A stretch of DNA of 64,000 nucleotides from a virus. The stretch spans positions 49,503-113,502 of IMG/VR virus record IMGVR_UViG_3300050343_000122; one strand, given 5' to 3'. Shown piece by piece: positions 58,601 to 64,000 of this stretch. The notes under the pieces are model-generated. The model was given only the letters and a program-made list of their open reading frames with translations. It did no database searches and was not told the origin of the DNA. The translations under genes and the position numbers were made by a program. Numbering within the stretch: position 1 is the stretch's first letter; each line of letters opens with the position of its first letter.

Positions 58601-61600
58601 ACATGTAATCTATAGTTAGGAATCTTTGTACCTACACCTAAATAACTATTGTCATTATCCCACCAGTGATTATTATTTCCAGCTATTACTGTTGTTACAG
58701 CATCATCATCACCAGTCCAGAATGCAACTTGTCCATCTGCAATACCAGAACCAGAAACTTGAAGGGCAGGAGTAGAGCCAGATGTACCATCAGCACCACT
58801 TGAGCCACTTGAACCACTTGAACCAGATGTACCAGAGGTACCTGATGTACCAGAGGTACCAGAAGTTCCTGAAGTTCCGTTATTTGTAAATATAAATGCA
58901 CACAGATCACCATCTACAATCACCCCACTACTGTTGTTTTCAGATGCAGTGGTAGTACAACTAAGAATCCTTGTATTGAGACCATAAGGACTATTACCAG
59001 TAACATTAAGTGTTATAAACTCTTCTACATCTGCAAGGTTTGTAATTCTTAATTGTGCATCTCCTCCTGCACTTTGAATATCTTCCAGTAGGTTAAGAAT
59101 AGTTGCTCCATTTGAATCTGTCGTACTAACAGTTAAATATGTTATATTACCAGCTAGACTATTGCTTGATCCTAATTGAAACTCACCTGAAGCTTGACTA
59201 TTTGGTGAACCTGTAATGTATCCATCAAACTCTGAAGTAAATAAGAAACCGGTAGATATACCTGAGGTACCAGGACTACCTGGACTACCACTATTACCAG
59301 AGGTTCCACTACTACCAGAGGTTCCACTTGTACCAGATGTACCACTTGTACCGCTCGTACCAGATGTTCCTGTTGTACCGCTAGTACCAGACGTACCATC
59401 ATTACCAGAAGAACCACTTGTTCCTGAAGTTCCATCTATCCCAGTAGTACCACTACTACCAGAGGTACCGGACGTACCAGATGTGCCATCATCACCACTG
59501 GATCCAGATGTACCTGACGTTCCAGTATTACCTGAAGTTCCTGACGTTCCAGTTGTTCCTGATGTACCACTTGTACCATCGTCACCAGAACTACCTGATG
59601 TACCAGCTGTTCCTGATGTACCAGTGGTACCACTCGTTCCGCTTGTTCCATTTTCTCCATCTTCTCCTGAAGTTCCACTTGTACCTGACGATCCAGCTGT
59701 TCCACTTGTACCACTAGTACCACTATCTCCACTGCTACCAGATGTTCCTGAGGTTCCATCTTCACCAGTTGTACCAGAGGTACCACTAGTTCCACTTGTA
59801 CCATCATCACCACTCGTGCCTGATGTTCCATCATCACCACTAGTACCTGACGTACCGGTTGTTCCTGAAGAGCCACTACTTCCAGCTGTACCAGAAGAGC
59901 CACTACTTCCATCACCACCAGAGCTTCCACTTGTTCCACTTGTACCTGATGAGCCACTTTCTCCACTAGTTCCAGAAGTTCCACTGGTACCACTTGTACC
60001 AGATGTACCATCTTCACCTGTTGTTCCGCTAGTTCCTGATGTTCCAGTTGTTCCAGAACTTCCACTAGTTCCGGATGTACCAGAGGTACCAGTTTCTCCA
60101 CTTGTTCCACTGGTTCCAGATGTACCTGATGTACCACTCGATCCACTATTACCAGAGCTTCCTGAAGTACCAGAGGTTCCGGATGTACCAGAACTACCGT
60201 CAACACCAGGATCTCCTTTATCACCTGTAGTTGCAAAGCACATCAATACATCATCACCATTGCTAAATATTACTCCTGTTCCTTGTGATGATGCTACAGC
60301 ACTTATATTTATTGTCCACCAACCAGAATTATTAGTTAAATCTGATATAGCAAATAATATAAAGTCAGCAGTGTTGAATTTTTCTGATATTCTAACATGT
60401 CCTTTTACAGCTGAAGTTGAACTGTCAATTGCTTGTAAGAAGGAATTAATAGAGTCTCCATTATCATCTAAGACGTCTATATACATAGCACTAGCACCTG
60501 CTTGGTCTTGGTTATTACTTAACCTTACCTTACCTGTTCCTGGATCACTAGAGCCAGTTGAGATATCAAATGTATAGTCAAAACATGCACCACCAAAGTT
60601 ACCATCTGAACCAGATGTACCTGCACTACCAGAACTACCTGACGTTCCAGATGTTCCACTACTACCACTGTCTCCACTAGAACCACTAGTTCCAGATGTA
60701 CCGCTGGTTCCTGAACTACCAGAGTCTCCTGAAGATCCACTACTTCCTGATGTACCACTTGTACCTGAGCTTCCACTGTTTCCACTAGATCCGCTAGATC
60801 CACTTGTACCGTCTATACCACTTGTACCTGTAGTTCCTGCAGTACCACTAGTCCCTGAAGTACCATCCTCTCCACTAGAGCCACTACTTCCTGCAGTACC
60901 ACTACTTCCACTTGTACCATCTTCTCCGCTAGAACCACTTGTTCCAGATGTTCCACTAGTTCCGTCTATACCACTAGACCCTGAAGTACCTGTTGTTCCA
61001 GATGTACCACTAGTTCCATCTTCACCGGTTGTTCCTGATGTTCCTGATGATCCACTAGTTCCACTAGTTCCATTTTCTCCATCAGTTCCTGAACTACCAC
61101 TAGTACCGGATGTTCCACTAGTACCACTAGTTGCACTGGTTCCTGAAGTTCCTGTTGTACCTGATGTTCCATTACTACCATCTTCACCACTTGTTCCACT
61201 TGTACCGGTAGTACCGCTAGTTCCTGATGTACCATCTTCTCCAGATGTTCCACTCGTGCCACTTGTAGCAGATGTTCCAGAGGTACCACTGCTTCCGTCT
61301 GCTGCAGATGTACCAGAGCTACCTGAACTTCCGGATGTACCAGAAGTTCCAGAGGTACCAGATGTTCCACTGCTACCAGAACATAATCCATTAATCCCTA
61401 CAGATCCACTAGCGTCAAATCTAGGTAAATCTTTAGAACACACATCGATTGCATTTCCTTCGGATATAGTAATAGATTGAGATACGTTTGCACAGTCTGT
61501 ATATGATGCATCACAATCACCTCCACCATTTGGACATGATAGGTTATAGCTTATACAGCTACCACCAGATGAACCGGAAGTACCACTTGTACCACCTGAT

Positions 61601-63528
61601 CCACTAGTACCACTAGTGCCAGAGGTACCAGAAGTAGCAGATGTACCTGATGTTCCATCAATAGCTGATGTTCCACTAGTTCCAGAAGTTGCGGATGTAC
61701 CAGATGTACCAGAGGTTCCAGTAGTACCGGACGTTCCTGTAGTACCTGATGTTGATCCTACAGACACTCCCACTTGTACTGTATTAAATACTACGGAAGG
61801 TGCAGCAGGTGCTGGGTAAGGAGCAGTTTTACTTGCAAGGGCATCTATTTGAACTGTTGGATTATCAGATGCAAAGTATAGTTCTAAATAATCTTGCTCT
61901 TCTAACTCTACTATATAAGATATGTATGGACTGTTAATCGCATCTTGGTGATGTATAGAATGTACTCTATCCTTTCTTATAAAATCTGTACCGTTCTTTC
62001 TTAACCATATGTCAACACTAGTGTGACCTCCACCACCTTGAGAACCTGTTCGCTCAAATTGTATAGAGTATCCCACTTCATATATACCAGCATGTGGATA
62101 TCTTACCTGCTGATTGAAGTCTAAAATAATACCATTAGAAAGTTCTGTAGTACTGAACGTTACTGCTGTTGGTACATTTGTACCATTAACTGGTTGTATT
62201 GTATTATCTGAAAAACTAGCATACCAGTTTGCTATTGCAGCACCAGATGATCCATCTATACCGCTTGTTCCTGCAGAGCCTGATGTACCTGTTGTACCTG
62301 ATGTCCCTGTTGTACCAGCTGTACCAGAACTACCGCTTGTTCCAGAAGTACCTGGTGTACCACTAGTACCTGTTGTTCCACTGGTACCAGATGTTCCACT
62401 TGTTCCTCGTGTTCCAGATGTCCCACTTGTTCCTGTAGTTCCACTGGTTCCTGTACTACCTGAGCTTCCAGAAGTTCCAGATGTGCCACTTGATCCAGTG
62501 TCACCACTTGATCCACTAGTTCCTGTTGTACCAGATGTCCCAGCTGTGCCAGAACTACCAGATGTACCAGTCGTACCACTTGTCCCAGTCGTACCACTTG
62601 TACCACTTGTGCCTGTTGTACCACTTGTGCCAGATGTACCTGTTGTTCCACTAGTACCGCTGGTACCAGAAGATCCATCTCCACCAGTTGCTCCATCAAG
62701 ATTGATACACCATGAAGTATATGTACCAGATCCTACTACCTTAAAAGGTGGGGTGAAACATAACTGTCCTGTTACTGGATCATAGGATACTACATCGCAT
62801 TCTTGGTAATTATTTACATCATGAGCAATAACAATAGATTGACCTGCAGTGTATGCAAGTCCAGTGTCTACAGTTAAACATTCATTAATAGTATTACCTA
62901 AAGTAAATGATGTTCCTGTAATACATGTTTTATACTTATCTCCTTGATCTCCAGACGTTCCACTAGTTCCAGACGTTGCACTAGTTCCACTAGAGCCTGA
63001 TGTACCACTCGTACCAGTTGTACCACTTGTACCGGTGGTCCCTGAAGTTCCAGATGTGCCACTAGTACCTGATGTGCCACTAGTACCTGATGTACCAGAA
63101 GTACCAACCGAACCAGATGAACCGGATGAACCACTAGTTCCACTTGTTCCACTTGTCCCAGTGGTACCAGATGTACCTGTAGTTCCTGAAGTTCCAGCAG
63201 TTGCTGAGGTACCGGAAGTACCTGTTGTTCCTGAGGTACCAGATGTACCACTAGTGCCGGAAGTCCCAGCTGTTCCAGATGTAGCAGAAGTACCAGATGA
63301 TCCTGATGTGCCTGAAGTACCGGAAGTACCTGATGTACCACTGGTACCATCAAGTCCAGCTCCAGAACATAGAAGTTTATCTATATTCTTAAGAGCGTCT
63401 TCTACAGTCATATTTGTTCTGACTCCAGAGCATACTAAATTTGGCCCCTCATAAAATACACAAGCTGCACTTAGTGTAATAGGGCAAGGATCAGCTGCAC
63501 AAACTAGGTTGTTACTACTTTTACTCAT
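55651..63528 (-). CDS. Giant fibre/adhesin: (Gly-Thr-Ser)n collagen-like blocks, C1q/BclA-like domain, beta-solenoid region
   Basis: 2625 aa; six G-X-Y blocks separated by globular domains; G..N repeats in the C-terminal third; CPDPTTTTTSTT linker. Confidence 0.8.
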   Translation of the reverse strand: MSKSSNNLVCAADPCPITLSAACVFYEGPNLVCSGVRTNMTVEDALKNIDKLLCSGAGLDGTSGTSGTSGTSGTSGSSGTSATSGTAGTSGTSGTSGTSGTTGTSGTSATAGTSGTTGTSGTTGTSGTSGTSGSSGSSGSVGTSGTSGTSGTSGTSGTSGTSGTTGTSGTTGTSGTSGSSGTSATSGTSGTSGDQGDKYKTCITGTSFTLGNTINECLTVDTGLAYTAGQSIVIAHDVNNYQECDVVSYDPVTGQLCFTPPFKVVGSGTYTSWCINLDGATGGDGSSGTSGTSGTTGTSGTSGTTGTSGTSGTTGTSGTTGTSGSSGTAGTSGTTGTSGSSGDTGSSGTSGTSGSSGSTGTSGTTGTSGTSGTRGTSGTSGTSGTTGTSGTPGTSGTSGSSGTAGTTGTSGTTGTSGSAGTSGIDGSSGAAIANWYASFSDNTIQPVNGTNVPTAVTFSTTELSNGIILDFNQQVRYPHAGIYEVGYSIQFERTGSQGGGGHTSVDIWLRKNGTDFIRKDRVHSIHHQDAINSPYISYIVELEEQDYLELYFASDNPTVQIDALASKTAPYPAPAAPSVVFNTVQVGVSVGSTSGTTGTSGTTGTSGTSGTSATSGTSGTSAIDGTSGTSATSGTSGTSGTSGSGGTSGTSGSSGGSCISYNLSCPNGGGDCDASYTDCANVSQSITISEGNAIDVCSKDLPRFDASGSVGINGLCSGSSGTSGTSGTSGTSGSSGSSGTSAADGSSGTSGTSATSGTSGTSGEDGTSGTSGTTGTSGTSGEDGSNGTSGTTGTSGTSATSGTSGTSGTSGSSGTDGENGTSGTSGSSGTSGTTGEDGTSGTSGTTGTSGSSGIDGTSGTSGTSGSSGEDGTSGSSGTAGSSGSSGEDGTSGTSGTAGTTGTSGIDGTSGSSGSSGNSGSSGTSGTSGSSGSSGDSGSSGTSGTSGTSGSSGDSGSSGTSGTSGSSGSAGTSGSDGNFGGACFDYTFDISTGSSDPGTGKVRLSNNQDQAGASAMYIDVLDDNGDSINSFLQAIDSSTSAVKGHVRISEKFNTADFILFAISDLTNNSGWWTINISAVASSQGTGVIFSNGDDVLMCFATTGDKGDPGVDGSSGTSGTSGTSGSSGNSGSSGTSGTSGTSGTSGETGTSGTSGTSGSSGTTGTSGTSGTTGEDGTSGTSGTSGTSGTSGESGSSGTSGTSGSSGGDGSSGSSGTAGSSGSSGTTGTSGTSGDDGTSGTSGDDGTSGTSGTSGTTGEDGTSGTSGSSGDSGTSGTSGTAGSSGTSGTSGEDGENGTSGTSGTTGTSGTAGTSGSSGDDGTSGTSGTTGTSGTSGNTGTSGTSGSSGDDGTSGTSGTSGSSGTTGIDGTSGTSGSSGNDGTSGTSGTTGTSGTSGTSGTSGTSGTSGSSGTSGNSGSPGSPGTSGISTGFLFTSEFDGYITGSPNSQASGEFQLGSSNSLAGNITYLTVSTTDSNGATILNLLEDIQSAGGDAQLRITNLADVEEFITLNVTGNSPYGLNTRILSCTTTASENNSSGVIVDGDLCAFIFTNNGTSGTSGTSGTSGTSGTSGSSGSSGSSGADGTSGSTPALQVSGSGIADGQVAFWTGDDDAVTTVIAGNNNHWWDNDNSYLGVGTKIPNYRLHVVGESYLYPDQASALTNTNFALEVLDNDIIKIGATYTTTNFTYITEGIRITQPGNGTHYVTRITPRLEVSPYEDSTTYVSNIYATTYDGSALICGSENVVGDATSSNLGIVGFNNNLTGDKMLVVGQGNEVNGTQTNFVNTASLVVGTTNTVNKTSPNTGTIINTVLSGQNNIITHKIVRSMIGGIAHTTDGDAANALVSGSNNKLDGNNNIMWGAGNVISNVNTVSIGGFNNTIKKSGSNSNSYGTLIYGYGNDFGASNTTAMGFANLIGGRDNGINGDVSYVTVGGRQNFVGLGTGMEGGIINGFKNFVGDTENSGVTIYSDYNIISSNESNINMEHSLVVGDLHALDEIVPGVGTNFYFINGINNIIGGRRNGRTSAGGWGGLNVNNSLVVGELNKTTTTASLNNAGNIIGGYNNAVGGSHNIISGYGNTGGASETIISGRTNTVNSTTTRSLVVGTSNSIQGTNHITSGTSNEISNSSSNNNFAIGRDVVIGATTSSAVSNSGGLGRLIDIFKSESVGIGRNLKVNPNSTQGASDTTTTSSDIVLVGSYNDRDNVNYTSNYMPATFMLGAGYGNFANARRNAIIVTKRGTIGGIPNVGAVSNVESCVILPEVGEHHNYANDCAAAQAGIPLYGLYHDNGDMKIRITECPDPTTTTTSTTVLNPSPGTRFTYSSNGNFDGDGQRIYFADSLTNLDGANNYGIPNAYIYGSSLTTSDNGSRSDLKCTVNNPPNQYQQFTFGRELLQDSGVGRLTQGSFYVAFSMEKGQTGGAQQYIDQNCAVMYRANNTQNWNRAVDIFGDICRPGATWNAVYGGMTSENTSGNGLLRVFNAANFPTGTGQIGTQYFIFDNPGEYRITMGALYGPILAYSSCTTPQTTNDVFGLDTDDAAPTAAFYEYKISLVGAGCGSAMPTTVYAKEWMPKYVTQLYSNTSLTSPANLSTGTYRFRRSGQNFEYTKDGSYTATFTNDIKTSRAIPCFYT
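58775..63345 (-). repeat. Six blocks of degenerate 9-bp repeats encoding GTS/GSS/GTT/GED
   Basis: Approximate blocks 63345-62950, 62680-62240, 61750-61560, 61380-60600, 60210-59260, 58880-58775. Confidence 0.95.
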
Positions 63529-63546
63529 CTGAATGGATATATGTTA

Positions 63547-63942
63547 TTAATGTACTATCTTAAGAAAGTCTCCTGTACGGTATACGTCACCCACAGTTAA
63601 GCCAGCAAACACAGCAGCTGAATTATTAGGATACTCAGGAGCACCTGTTATAGGTACAGTTAAGAGTACTTCCCAATCAGACGCTGTTCCAGCAAGATTA
63701 GCAATGTAGACTTTCCCACTTGTTGCACTTTGATCAATGTGTATTTTTCCTACATAAGGTGCAGGACTTACAGGCGTAGATGTGTTAAACGAAGGAACCA
63801 AGTTCAAATTAATGTTACCTAGTATCGTTTGTAGGTCATCGCCAGGATTTATAACAGCATTACCTAAGTATCTACCATTATAAATAATACATTCTGCATT
63901 TTGATACACAGCACATGTGGGACAAATTTCAGCGGTTCTCAT
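63547..63942 (-). CDS. Short fibre-family protein sharing modules with the giant gene
   Basis: C..Y.G..L N-module and YPNNSAA..AGL..G.VY..G..LKI C-module. Confidence 0.7.
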   Translation of the reverse strand: MRTAEICPTCAVYQNAECIIYNGRYLGNAVINPGDDLQTILGNINLNLVPSFNTSTPVSPAPYVGKIHIDQSATSGKVYIANLAGTASDWEVLLTVPITGAPEYPNNSAAVFAGLTVGDVYRTGDFLKIVH

Positions 63943-64000
63943 ATTATTACAAATTTATGTTATTATTTTTTATTTTTAATCATTACTAGTAAAATACCTT

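Noticed and set aside
58775-63345. CRISPR array or DGR-type repeats
   Set aside because: Repeats are in-frame degenerate 9-mers without spacers; no cas gene or reverse transcriptase seen
59172-63454. Long Val/Pro-rich plus-strand ORFs and Val/Leu/Gln-rich alternate-frame ORFs
   Set aside because: Shadow frames of the GTS repeat, whose codons rarely create stops in other frames
1-64000. Stop-codon reassignment as in some gut crAss-like phages
   Set aside because: Core genes are full length in the standard code, TAG and TGA both end genes, and the breaks seen are indels

Overview
AT-rich phage DNA with the gene content and order of a crAss-like phage (Crassvirales). Bacteroidota-type promoters (TTTG-N19-21-TAnnTTTG) point to a Bacteroidota host. 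ORFs are complete in the standard code. Minus strand 1-15.2 kb is the head/packaging module: HU/IHF-like gene, TerL, portal, scaffold, major capsid, ring and auxiliary capsid candidates, and a Thr-rich VWA protein broken by two compensating indels. 15.2-19.6 kb is a strand-switch region with G/C runs, RNA-like stems and small putative early genes. Plus strand 19.6-46.1 kb is replication/metabolism: PolB, SET, DnaB, SF2 helicase, AAA ATPase, primase, UDG, rIIA/rIIB, RNR Ia, RecA, GroES and sugar enzymes. Minus strand 46.1-52.1 kb holds five very basic small proteins, a glycosyltransferase flanked by poly-Thr proteins, and a lysis cassette. The best candidate for an undescribed system is a virion protein O-glycosylation apparatus. 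A 4-domain enzyme ending in an Aah/TibC-like heptosyltransferase converges on a 2625-aa (Gly-Thr-Ser)n collagen-like fibre. A separate plant SGT1/HPAT-like enzyme sits between poly-Thr-tagged genes, and similar Thr tags recur on other putative structural proteins. All family calls come from motifs read by eye; no database searches were run.
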